The position numbers and the translations under genes were made by a program. Positions 5,659 through 14,358 of a stretch of DNA of 18,096 nucleotides are shown here, one piece after another (position 1 is the first letter of the stretch; every line of letters begins with the position of its first letter). The notes under the pieces were generated by a model. It had not been told where the DNA came from. It made no database searches and saw only the letters and a program-made list of their open reading frames with translations. This DNA is from an uncultured Clostridiaceae bacterium (GTDB lineage: Bacteria; Bacillota; Clostridia; Lutisporales; Lutisporaceae), in contig CAYURW010000052.1 in NCBI GenBank assembly GCA_964447145.1, positions 1-18,096 on the forward strand, in the 5' to 3' direction.

Positions 5659-8600
5659 TAATTGCACTTCGAATAGCCGCAGTTCCTGCATATCACGCAG
5701 CCCCCTTCATGCTGCACGGGGCTTCCGCATTCGGGGCAGTTTTTGAGGCTGTTCCATGACTGCGGGCCGGGATTGTTCGATATTTCATCACCTTCGGCGG
5801 TAACGGCATGACACGCTGTTGTGCAAAGAGAACAATTGCCGATGCAGTTGCTTCCCTCATCCTCAGTTTTGATGTCTTCTATTTCCGCTCTGCAATTTTT
5901 GTACCTTTCAAGGGCCCTCCCGATTGCATCGGGACAGGACAACACCTTAAGCCCGTTCTGCCTGAGTGTTGAGTGGCACCTGATACCCCTGAGCTGCTCG
6001 GTTATTTCATTAATATCCATCCCTGCCCTTAAGGCTATTGATATGAGACGGCTCGTTGCTTCCGACTGTGAGGGGCAGCCCCCCGCCCTTCCCAGATTTG
6101 TGAATACCTCGCAAATGCCGTTTTCGTCTGAGTTTACCGTAATATACAAATTGCCGCAGCCTATTTTGACTTTCTCAGTTATCCCCATTGTTACCTCCGG
6201 CCTGGTTCTCGGTATGAGTGCTCCCCCCATTTGCTCGGCAGCTGCCTCTTCCTTGCTTTCTTTGTTCACTGAACCGATGTTAAGCACTTGGGATTCGCGG
6301 CTGCCGTCCCTGTAGATCGTCACACCCTTGCAGCCCATTTTGTAAGCCATCATATAAACCTTGCTCACATCGTCCCTTGTGGCGGAATGGGGGAAATTAA
6401 CAGTCTTGGATACCGCGTTGTCCGTATGTTTTTGAAAAGCGGACTGTATCCTTATGTGCCACTCCGGGCTGATGTCATGGGAACACACAAATACCCTCCT
6501 TACTGCTTTGGGTATGCTTTTGATATCCCGGATGGTTCCGCGGGCGGCTATCTCCTTCATCAGCCCTGTGCTGTAAAAGCCCTTTTCTTTGGCAACCTTT
6601 TCGAACATCGGGTTTACCTCCGGAAGCTCATCATTGTCCAGTACATTCCTTACATATGAAAGTGCAAACAATGGCTCTATGCCGCTGGAAACTCCGGCTA
6701 TTATCGATATTGTCCCTGTCGGGGCTATGGTCGTTGTTGTGGCGTTTCTGATTGAAATTCCCTTTTCTTTGTAGATGCTGCCATCATAGCTCCCGAAGGT
6801 TCCCCTTTTTGCTGCAAGCCTGATTGAGGCCTCCTTCGATCTTTCATTTATGAATCTCATGACGGACTCCGCCGTATTGACGGCTTCTTCGGAGTTATAC
6901 GGAATACCCAGCTCTATGAGCATATCGGCAAAACCCATTACCCCAAGCCCTATCTTCCTTGTCTCCTTGGTCATTTTGTCGACCATGGGCATTGGATATC
7001 TGTTAACATCTATTACATTGTCCAGAAAGTGCACCGAATCATCAACAATCCGACCCAATTTGTCATAATCTATTGCAGCTCCGGATTCATTTCTGCCAAG
7101 GCAGCTCATAAGGTTGACGGAACCCAGGTTGCAGGACTCGTAGGGAAGAAGGGGCTGCTCACCACAGTTATGTACATATATTCCATTGGCATCAAAAGCA
7201 TTGACTCCGGGAACCCGGACATCAAATACTTCAGCTTCGTCCAGCTCTGTAATTTCTGAAACTGCAGCGACAAAACGCTCTCTGTTCAATGTGCGCTTGT
7301 AATTTCTCAATCCGTTTTCCAGCCGTTTTTGTTTCTCATTGCTGCCAAACCCTATTATTTCAGAGAAAACCGCCAGATTATCCTGAGAAATGACCAGTTC
7401 ATGACCGGCTCTTATACTATAGTCCTTTGATCCGCCATTTCCGTCCGGCATGGATTTTGTGCCTTCTGACTTGCGGTTATAGTATATGGCAGATGAAATA
7501 CCCATCCTCCCGAGCATTCTCTGTACAGCCTTAAGAGTATCCGGATCATTCTGCCGGAGCCTGACTGATAAGCCCTTTTCTTGTGTTCCTACAACCGTCC
7601 CATCGCTATCGAACATGCCCCTGATAAATCCTTGGTAAAATTCATAGCCTCCCTTTTCCACCTCTGCTGTAATTCTTCTATTTCCAGGCATAATTCCGGT
7701 TCCCAGCAAGTAACCTTCATCCCGATTCCCCTTACCTCCCCATTTGATCCCCCTGTTGTCGGACAAAATAATCCTGTCTCCGGCGTTCAAATCCCCTGCC
7801 GCCTTCCATTCCTCACTGACTTTGAAACGTGTTATACCGGCTGCTGTTCTTACAAGGTGATCCTTTGTGAGCTTGATCTCGTAACCGCGATCCGTCCGGA
7901 TTTGAATGATTTTTTTTATTCCGGTCCTGAAAAAACCCTTCTCATCGGACATAGCGTATGCCCCATTCAATGCAAGCCGTACCTGTTTGTCCGGAATATC
8001 CCTGACCTGCGCAGGCCCCGAATCGGTCAGAACCCATGTATCTCCTGTAACGCACGGGTTGGTGCTCTCAATTTCCCCCAGCTTGGGAACCACATTATCC
8101 CTGTTCATCCTGTCCAGGAAAATTATTCCCGGCTCCCCGTTGTTCCAGGCCATATCAACAATAAGGCCGTACACTTCCTTTGCATTGAGCCAGCCTGCAG
8201 ATGTCTTGGATTTGGGGTCGAAAAGCTCGTAATCGGTGCCCTTTTCTGCTGCTTCCATGAACTTCTCGGTTATGCCGATGCTTATATTGAAATTGGTCAG
8301 ATCATTATTGTCTTTCTTGCACTGTATGAATTCTATTATATCCGGGTGGTCCACCCGCAATATTCCCATATTGGCTCCCCTTCGGGTCCCTCCCTGCTTG
8401 ACCGCTTCGGTAGCGGAATTAAATACTTTCATAAAGCTTATGGGTCCCGATGCCACACCGCCGGTAGTCCTTACGGCAGATCCCTTGCTTCTCAGGCGGC
8501 TAAAGCTAAAACCTGTTCCGCCGCCGCTTTTATGTATCATTGCAGCATTTTTGACAGCGTCAAAAATACCTTCCATGGAATCCTCAACCGGAAGCACAAA

Positions 8601-8861
8601 GCATGCTGACAGCTGTCCAAGCTCTCTGCCTGCATTCATCAGGGTCGGAGAATTAGGCATAAATTCAAGGCTTGTCATAAGCCTGTAGAATTTATCCCCG
8701 ATTGCGCCAATATCTGCAGAACTGTCATATTTAATGTCTGCAGCCGCTATTGTATCTGCAACTCTTCTAAACATATGCTCGGGTTTTTCGATAGCTTTTC
8801 CGTTCTCATCTTTGATCAGGTACCGTTTTTCCAGCACCTTAATGGCATTGCTAGTTAACAA
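5658..8861 (-). CDS. nrdJ: Class II (adenosylcobalamin-dependent) ribonucleotide reductase NrdJ with an internal intein and a C-terminal Cys-rich zinc-ribbon
   Basis: 1067-aa ORF. RNR hallmarks are the PFL-like core, the ...ESTNP | CGEQPL... active-site loop split by the intein, and the C-terminal CPECG...CVICRNCG motif. The start is TTG at 8859-8861, preceded by GGAGGTG 6 nt upstream. No ATG is in frame nearby. Confidence 0.85.
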   Translation of the reverse strand: MLTSNAIKVLEKRYLIKDENGKAIEKPEHMFRRVADTIAAADIKYDSSADIGAIGDKFYRLMTSLEFMPNSPTLMNAGRELGQLSACFVLPVEDSMEGIFDAVKNAAMIHKSGGGTGFSFSRLRSKGSAVRTTGGVASGPISFMKVFNSATEAVKQGGTRRGANMGILRVDHPDIIEFIQCKKDNNDLTNFNISIGITEKFMEAAEKGTDYELFDPKSKTSAGWLNAKEVYGLIVDMAWNNGEPGIIFLDRMNRDNVVPKLGEIESTNPCVTGDTWVLTDSGPAQVRDIPDKQVRLALNGAYAMSDEKGFFRTGIKKIIQIRTDRGYEIKLTKDHLVRTAAGITRFKVSEEWKAAGDLNAGDRIILSDNRGIKWGGKGNRDEGYLLGTGIMPGNRRITAEVEKGGYEFYQGFIRGMFDSDGTVVGTQEKGLSVRLRQNDPDTLKAVQRMLGRMGISSAIYYNRKSEGTKSMPDGNGGSKDYSIRAGHELVISQDNLAVFSEIIGFGSNEKQKRLENGLRNYKRTLNRERFVAAVSEITELDEAEVFDVRVPGVNAFDANGIYVHNCGEQPLLPYESCNLGSVNLMSCLGRNESGAAIDYDKLGRIVDDSVHFLDNVIDVNRYPMPMVDKMTKETRKIGLGVMGFADMLIELGIPYNSEEAVNTAESVMRFINERSKEASIRLAAKRGTFGSYDGSIYKEKGISIRNATTTTIAPTGTISIIAGVSSGIEPLFALSYVRNVLDNDELPEVNPMFEKVAKEKGFYSTGLMKEIAARGTIRDIKSIPKAVRRVFVCSHDISPEWHIRIQSAFQKHTDNAVSKTVNFPHSATRDDVSKVYMMAYKMGCKGVTIYRDGSRESQVLNIGSVNKESKEEAAAEQMGGALIPRTRPEVTMGITEKVKIGCGNLYITVNSDENGICEVFTNLGRAGGCPSQSEATSRLISIALRAGMDINEITEQLRGIRCHSTLRQNGLKVLSCPDAIGRALERYKNCRAEIEDIKTEDEGSNCIGNCSLCTTACHAVTAEGDEISNNPGPQSWNSLKNCPECGSPVQHEGGCVICRNCGYSKCN
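7167..8054 (-). other. Intein (296 aa) inserted in the NrdJ active-site NP|C motif; Hint domain plus a degenerate LAGLIDADG endonuclease remnant
   Basis: The intein begins with Cys (TGC on minus at 8052-8054, CVTGDTWVL...). It ends with ...GIYVHN, followed by the +1 Cys of CGEQPL. A block-B-like KLTKDHLV lies about 60 aa in. GFIRGMFDSDGTV is a LAGLIDADG-type block. The first block (YLLGTGIMPGN) has lost its acidic residues. Confidence 0.8.
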
Positions 8862-8877
8862 TCAATACACCTCCAAG

Positions 8878-8921
8878 CCATATTTTGTATCCTCGCCCAT
8901 TTGCTTGCACTATATATTGTA
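8878..8921. promoter_or_regulatory. Candidate tandem NrdR boxes upstream of nrdJ (strong box 8908..8921 CACTATATATTGTA; weaker box 8878..8889)
   Basis: Compared by eye to the published NrdR-box consensus acaCwAtATaTwGtgt. The distal box matches 14 of 16 positions. The proximal box is about 30 bp away and matches 9 of 12 core positions. NrdR commonly regulates nrd operons in Firmicutes. Confidence 0.35.
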
Positions 8922-8954
8922 TCACAGGGCAATGTATTATACTATTACTATGCA

Positions 8955-8986
8955 ATAAAAAAACTTGTCAAATTTTTCGACAAGTC
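8955..8986 (-). terminator. Rho-independent terminator for the upstream minus-strand gene (hairpin ACUUGUC-N9-GACAAGU followed by U7)
   Basis: A perfect 7-bp inverted repeat at 8963-8969 / 8979-8985 is followed on the minus strand by tttttttt (plus A-run 8957-8963). It lies immediately after the stop of the 8994..10169 ORF. Confidence 0.6.
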
Positions 8987-8993
8987 CTTTTCA

Positions 8994-10169
8994 TTATTCC
9001 TTTTCCAATGCCCCCCGGGTATATATATTTCCCGCATTCCACAGCAGCCACTCCCCGGCACCGGAATCATAGGTCGCATCTATCTGTGCCCTTACCTCCG
9101 CAAGTCCATACCTTTTATATCTTTCCAGATATGAAGCTGTAAAATCCTGAAGCCAGGGTCTTAATACCGCTCTTCCCTCTGTACCCTTCATCGCACTTAT
9201 TCTTTCCTGTGCAACAGTCATGCTGCGGTTGACTATCTTGTATGGCTCAAAATCCGGTTCCGCTACCCCATAGCTCCCTTTTCCGTAATGAGAGGGGTAA
9301 ACCATTGGGCATATTACATCAACACTGCCGGCTATGGACTCAAGGTGCTGGCCTATGTGCATATCGTTTGCCGATGTAGTCACAAGGCCAAAAACATCAG
9401 CGGATACCACAACTCCCTTTTTGCTCAACCTTTCCCTTCCGTAGGAAAGAAATTCTGCAATTGCCTCTGCCTTTGATTTGCCTGCGGCACTCGAGCCATA
9501 GTCTATTATTTTGGTATTTCCATCAGTAGGAAATCTTACATAGTCAAATTGTATTTCATTGAACCCTTTTATTGCCGCTTCCTCTGCTATATTCACAATA
9601 TAGTCCCAGGAATCCTTGTTATAGGGGTTCAACCAGGACATTCCGTTCCGATCCCTCCATATTCCTCCGCTTTTATTCTTAACAGACAGATCGGCATATT
9701 TGTCCCCGGCTCTTCTGTCTTTAAATGTAACTACTCTGGCTATTGCGTATATGTCATTTTCCCGCAACACCTTCATCACAGCATCAATATCCTTGATCCT
9801 CGCCTTGCCGTTAGCTCCAGTAAATGCTACATCAGGAAGGTCACTGGCATAGGTCATCATACCGCTGTCATCCTTTACGTCTATTACAACTGCATTTATT
9901 TCAGTGGTCTTTACCATGTCGATCAATTTATTGAACCTTTCGGCATAACCTACTGTATTGCCCGTCATATATATTCCCTTTACCTTTATCCGCCTTTTCA
10001 TAAGCTCCCAGTCAGGGCTCTTTTGCCCAAGGTAATATTCATAGCTATCAACGTTGAGGGACAAGCCTTCTGAATATACAGGGAGCAAAGCTTTCCCCTG
10101 GCATATAGCGCAAAGGATAGCAAATATAATTGACCACAAAAAAAAGAATCTATTGCCAGTCCTCATCAT
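8994..10169 (-). CDS. Putative secreted glycoside-hydrolase-like TIM-barrel protein (DUF4015/GH-like family), with an N-terminal signal peptide
   Basis: 391 aa. Hydrophobic N-terminus MMRTGNRFFFLWSIIFAILCAICQG. Family recalled from the motifs GIYMTGNTVG, NAVVIDVKDD and FDYVRFP. No exact family search was possible. Confidence 0.45.
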   Translation of the reverse strand: MMRTGNRFFFLWSIIFAILCAICQGKALLPVYSEGLSLNVDSYEYYLGQKSPDWELMKRRIKVKGIYMTGNTVGYAERFNKLIDMVKTTEINAVVIDVKDDSGMMTYASDLPDVAFTGANGKARIKDIDAVMKVLRENDIYAIARVVTFKDRRAGDKYADLSVKNKSGGIWRDRNGMSWLNPYNKDSWDYIVNIAEEAAIKGFNEIQFDYVRFPTDGNTKIIDYGSSAAGKSKAEAIAEFLSYGRERLSKKGVVVSADVFGLVTTSANDMHIGQHLESIAGSVDVICPMVYPSHYGKGSYGVAEPDFEPYKIVNRSMTVAQERISAMKGTEGRAVLRPWLQDFTASYLERYKRYGLAEVRAQIDATYDSGAGEWLLWNAGNIYTRGALEKE

Positions 10170-10255
10170 TTTACTCCTTAGTCACTTCTATAAATATGAT
10201 ACATATCTAAGCATCCTCACATTTGCATATGTTGCCAACGTTTTCCATGTCACCG

Positions 10256-10906
10256 CTATAAATACGACACATATCTAAGCATCAGCCAAAAGTGGCAAAA
10301 GCTCCCGTACAGCACAAAAATATGAAATACCTCGTGAAAACCGAATACCCTGGATTTTAGCCTGGGCCATTTGGTCCCGTATATAACTGCACCAACAGTA
10401 TATAACAGGCCACCGGCAATAAGCCACAGCATCGCTGCAGCAGGCAGAGCCCTTATCAGAGGTACAAATGCAATTATTATCAGCCATCCCATCACCGCAT
10501 AAAAAAGAGTATACAGCCATCTGGGCGCATTAAACCACAATACTTTCATAATAATGCCCGCCATTGCAATGCCCCATATGCTGGCAAGAAGGCTCCAGCC
10601 CCAGCCCCCTCTTAAAGGAACAAGACATACCGGTGTATATGTCCCCGCTATCAGCACATAGATCATCATATGATCTATCTTCCTCAGCAATTTAGTACCC
10701 CTCTCACTTACTGTCAGCAGATGATATAAGGAGCTTGCTGTATACAGCAATATCATGCTCGCCCCGAATATAGAAAAGGATACTATATGCCATGCCGTTC
10801 CGTTTAACACTGCACATCGCACCAGAAAATATAATCCTATTGCCGATAGAATCGCTCCTGCAAGATGTGAAAACCCGCTTACCGGATCCTTTATTCTGAA
10901 ACTCAT
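10256..10906 (-). CDS. Hemolysin III / PAQR-family channel protein
   Basis: 216 aa with seven predicted hydrophobic helices and a C-terminal HEVFHIFV motif typical of the family. It overlaps the upstream ORF by 4 nt (operon). Confidence 0.6.
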   Translation of the reverse strand: MSFRIKDPVSGFSHLAGAILSAIGLYFLVRCAVLNGTAWHIVSFSIFGASMILLYTASSLYHLLTVSERGTKLLRKIDHMMIYVLIAGTYTPVCLVPLRGGWGWSLLASIWGIAMAGIIMKVLWFNAPRWLYTLFYAVMGWLIIIAFVPLIRALPAAAMLWLIAGGLLYTVGAVIYGTKWPRLKSRVFGFHEVFHIFVLYGSFCHFWLMLRYVSYL

Positions 10907-11724
10907 TGACCCATCCCCTTGTATTCTATTTGTTTTTTCACGTGTTCATGATTTCTGACGTGGTCCATGCAGTACTCATAATCCCCCTCGCATTCGGGGC
11001 AGTATCTGAAATCCATTTTGGGATCGTCCTTCTCGGTCTTGCCGCAAACCGCACATCTATGATATGTAAAGTCCCTTGGAATTTCGGACCGGAATTTCCT
11101 CCTATTATAATATACTTGCCTATTGTTCCTTGATTTATTAAAAATATCCTTCCCGAAAAATAAGAAGTAGTTCATTATCGATACCAATGCAACAATCCTT
11201 GTGGGCATGTCCCCGGATACCACCGCAAAACCTATAAAAGCCCAATCAATCATTGCAAGATATTTCACCTTTACCGGAAGAACGAAAAAAATAAGGAGCT
11301 CATAGTTCGGAAACATTTTTGCAAATGCAAGAAACAGCGAAAGGTTGAGATACAGTGCTGTACCGCTGTACCCGGTCAAAAATGATGCAATTGTCGTTCC
11401 CACCATGCCCGTAAAATAAAACACATTGAATCTGAAGCTTCCCCATTCGTTCTCAAGGGCGCTTCCAATCATATAATAGAAATAAAGTACAAATAAAATC
11501 CAAATAACAGTTGTTTCGGGGGGAATAAATATATAAGTGACAAGCCTCCATACTTCCCCTCTTAGGGCCAACTCAGGTATAAGCATAAGCCTGCTTATGA
11601 CAATACCTTCATTATCAAAATAAGATAATGCATATACAATGCCGGTAATACCGACAATATATGTCATCAACCCCCTTACGGCAAACCTTCCCAGTCTTTT
11701 CTCAAGTTTATCAAGCCAATTCAA
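10903..11724 (-). CDS. Rhomboid-like polytopic membrane protein with a C-terminal CxxC...CxxC zinc-ribbon; catalytic His not evident
   Basis: 273 aa. Rhomboid-like EVWRLVTYIF, G..LE...G..RF and GYSG motifs are present. No AHxxG-type His is seen in the last TM segments. The C-terminus reads CAVCG...CPEC...H. Confidence 0.4.
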   Translation of the reverse strand: MNWLDKLEKRLGRFAVRGLMTYIVGITGIVYALSYFDNEGIVISRLMLIPELALRGEVWRLVTYIFIPPETTVIWILFVLYFYYMIGSALENEWGSFRFNVFYFTGMVGTTIASFLTGYSGTALYLNLSLFLAFAKMFPNYELLIFFVLPVKVKYLAMIDWAFIGFAVVSGDMPTRIVALVSIMNYFLFFGKDIFNKSRNNRQVYYNRRKFRSEIPRDFTYHRCAVCGKTEKDDPKMDFRYCPECEGDYEYCMDHVRNHEHVKKQIEYKGMGQ

Positions 11725-11755
11725 TGGTGCTTACCTCCAGTCATCATAGGTATGA

Positions 11756-12580
11756 TCAGTTATTCAACCTGATTATCAAATAATCGCTGCGATGCCCAAA
11801 TCCAAGAGATTTGTATGCATTTATTGCCGGAGTGTTCAATTTGTTCACTATCAGAGTCGGCAGCTTTCCCCTGCTTATTATTCTCTCGCAGAGTTCGGAG
11901 ACCACCGCCTTTGCATAGCCCTTTCCCCTCTCCTCTTCAAGGGTGTATACAGCCCCTATCTGGTTTGTACTACAGGTAAAAGCTTGTATGCAGGCTTGGG
12001 CTAATGGTATGTTGTCTCTTAACAATATTATGAAATCTTCCTCTGCATTTCTCTGGGATAGGAGAAGCTTCGTGCTTTCAATTGTGTGCTCTGCCCCAAA
12101 TCCCCTCATATATGCTTTCCTCACGAACTTTAGAATTTCGTCTCCGCTGTCCCCGCAAACATTAATAAACTCACAGCCTTCAGATTTGTAAGGCTTAAAG
12201 CTGCTATTCACGGAATAGTCGCATTCCTCAAACTCCCGCAAGGGCCTATAATGCCTGACTATTTCAAAAACCGGCCTTACTATTCTGTCAGCTCCCAATA
12301 TCATACTAAAGTTTCTCGTTATCATCAATTCGGCAAAACCAATCACAGCCCCTGCCGATTCAAAATGAGGGACACAGCTCCCCATATTGTAGAATACTAT
12401 TATTCCTCTTAGGTCATTTCCCTCAAAATATCCGTAATAGTCTCCACATCGGAGGATGTTATTTCTATTTGCAATACCGGATTGAAGTATATTTCCAATA
12501 AGGAAGTCGGTCTCCTCTTCATTCCTGTTCAAATAGTCGAACATTGCCATTCTGTCCCATTCATTCAGTGCTCTCAGCAA
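11756..12580 (-). CDS. GNAT-family N-acetyltransferase
   Basis: 274 aa. The acetyl-CoA-binding motif (...EEERGKGYAKAVV...) lies in the C-terminal half. Confidence 0.55.
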   Translation of the reverse strand: MLRALNEWDRMAMFDYLNRNEEETDFLIGNILQSGIANRNNILRCGDYYGYFEGNDLRGIIVFYNMGSCVPHFESAGAVIGFAELMITRNFSMILGADRIVRPVFEIVRHYRPLREFEECDYSVNSSFKPYKSEGCEFINVCGDSGDEILKFVRKAYMRGFGAEHTIESTKLLLSQRNAEEDFIILLRDNIPLAQACIQAFTCSTNQIGAVYTLEEERGKGYAKAVVSELCERIISRGKLPTLIVNKLNTPAINAYKSLGFGHRSDYLIIRLNN

Positions 12581-12659
12581 AGAATATCACTCCCGCAAAT
12601 AATTAGAAAACTGCGGCCTGTCCCGACTTCCGCAAAAATATAATCAAGTAATGCTTCTC

Positions 12660-13424
12660 TTAAAATGTATGGTGTTCAAGTTCCAAATATCTTCTGTATT
12701 TGCTTTCGTCGGTATCCTTTTCCCCAGAGCAATAGAACGTCATGCTCCCGCATCCGCCGAGGCAGGGTTTCCTGTCCTTGAGCACGGTCTTGAGACGGTT
12801 TATTGTTCCCAAATTTCCGTCAATGATCTCAACCCCCTGAGGCAGCAACGCTCTAAAGTGCTTCCTATAAAATATAAAGTGTGTGCAGCCCAAAACAACT
12901 GAGGAGTATTGATTAAGATCATACCGGGATAATTCATTATTCAAATATGGTATTATTGTATCTTCATCAAAAATAAATTTTTCTGCGTACTCTACCAATC
13001 CGGGAAGGGCATGGAGATCGACAGACTGCTCTGAATCCAGCCTTTCAACCAGGTCATGCAGTTTTTTTTCCCTTACCGTGATAGGAGTGGCAAAAACAAG
13101 CACTTTTCTGTCGTCTGCCTTTTCTACTGCAGGCTTTACTGCAGGCTCCATACCTATAATAGGAAAATCATATCTTTCCCTTAAATCGTTTATGGCAATG
13201 CTTGTAGCCGTATTGCATGCAACTATCAGAGCCTCGACTCCCTGTTTTGCCAGAAATTCCACTGCTTCAAAAATATATCCCCTGACCTGGTTTTTCAGCT
13301 TTGTGCCATAAGGAACGTGCCTTGTATCCGCATAATATAAATAATCCTCCCAAGGCAGCTCTTTTGCTGCTTCCTTAAGTACCGTCAGGCCCCCGATGCC
13401 GGAATCAAAAACACCGATGCTCAT
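12660..13424 (-). CDS. murI: Glutamate racemase
   Basis: 254 aa. MSIGVFDSGIGGLTV N-terminus, ACNTA and GCTHF active-site motifs with the two catalytic Cys. Confidence 0.85.
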   Translation of the reverse strand: MSIGVFDSGIGGLTVLKEAAKELPWEDYLYYADTRHVPYGTKLKNQVRGYIFEAVEFLAKQGVEALIVACNTATSIAINDLRERYDFPIIGMEPAVKPAVEKADDRKVLVFATPITVREKKLHDLVERLDSEQSVDLHALPGLVEYAEKFIFDEDTIIPYLNNELSRYDLNQYSSVVLGCTHFIFYRKHFRALLPQGVEIIDGNLGTINRLKTVLKDRKPCLGGCGSMTFYCSGEKDTDESKYRRYLELEHHTF

Positions 13425-13491
13425 TATATCTCCTCAAATTCTATAAAATAAAGCTATATTTTATAATATGATACCTTCCAATATTAATTCC

Positions 13492-14202
13492 CTAAAACCG
13501 GGCAGAATCCCGCAATTTTTTTTCTCGTTTTCTGCCGTGAGGGCAAACGTACAGGCACATTCCGCATACATTATTTTTGTTAGTCTCCTTAATAGACTCA
13601 AGATAATCCCAGCACCTGCGGGCATCAAGTCGCATTTCTCTAGGCTCGTTTTCATCAAAGCCCCTGCCGGCAATGGCATTTACAGGACATATATCCGCAC
13701 AGGCGGTGCATTTGCCGCAGCCTTGTTCTTCTTCAGCCTTCCCGGAAGGCTGAAGAGGAGCATCGGTCAATATTGATGCCCATCTTACTCTGGGGCCGTC
13801 CTTGGGTGTGATCAGAAGACAGCTCTTGCCTATCCATCCAAAGCCGCATAGTCTCGCCCCAATCTTATGGGAAAATGAACCGCATATTCTGTCATTATCA
13901 ATTATTCCGGAAGCCGGCACCGGAATTGCACGGTATCCCCTGCTCTGTATAAAACCCCCAAGTACCGAAACAGCCAGGTCCAGTCTATGGTTTATTATAT
14001 CATATGCAAAAATTTTGTAATTCAATGCATTGACATATTGTTCCCTAAAGGGAAGACGGTCAACTACTTCATCCGGCAATACAATGCCCAGGGTCACGCA
14101 ATACGGATATTCGCCTACACCTGTTCCAGACAAATCCGATACACCAAAATAAGATATCATATGATCCCCGGCAAGCTTCTCCAATTCATCGTTTATTTTC
14201 AT
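13492..14202 (-). CDS. 4Fe-4S double-cluster domain protein (QueG/reductive-dehalogenase-like iron-sulfur oxidoreductase)
   Basis: 236 aa. CGKCTACADICP and a second CGMCLYVCP cysteine cluster. The function is not resolved from the sequence. Confidence 0.4.
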   Translation of the reverse strand: MKINDELEKLAGDHMISYFGVSDLSGTGVGEYPYCVTLGIVLPDEVVDRLPFREQYVNALNYKIFAYDIINHRLDLAVSVLGGFIQSRGYRAIPVPASGIIDNDRICGSFSHKIGARLCGFGWIGKSCLLITPKDGPRVRWASILTDAPLQPSGKAEEEQGCGKCTACADICPVNAIAGRGFDENEPREMRLDARRCWDYLESIKETNKNNVCGMCLYVCPHGRKREKKLRDSARF

Positions 14203-14358
14203 ACATATACCCTCGCTGTATAATTCCTGCCTTAATTATATATGTACCAATACATATATATCAAGCTGTAAATAGCCTTTAGGTGCCTCCCGTCTATAAC
14301 AGTAACCATTTTCCCGTTGAAGCATAAGATGAAATTAGCGTATTAAGGGGGTTAACAT

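Noticed and set aside
8862-8993. Cobalamin riboswitch or T-box upstream of nrdJ
   Set aside because: The leader is only ~130 nt and AT-rich. It has no B12-box or T-box conserved sequence. Class II RNR genes are not typical B12-riboswitch targets.
9288-10278. Plus-strand ORFs 9288..9476, 9549..10073 and 10054..10278 opposite the glycoside-hydrolase-like gene
   Set aside because: They are antisense to a 391-aa ORF that has a signal peptide and a downstream terminator. No SD is present.
14203-14358. Zur box in the zupT promoter region
   Set aside because: The short TGTAccaaTACA symmetry at ~14245 does not resemble the Firmicutes Zur consensus (TAAATCGTAATnATTACGATTTA-type).
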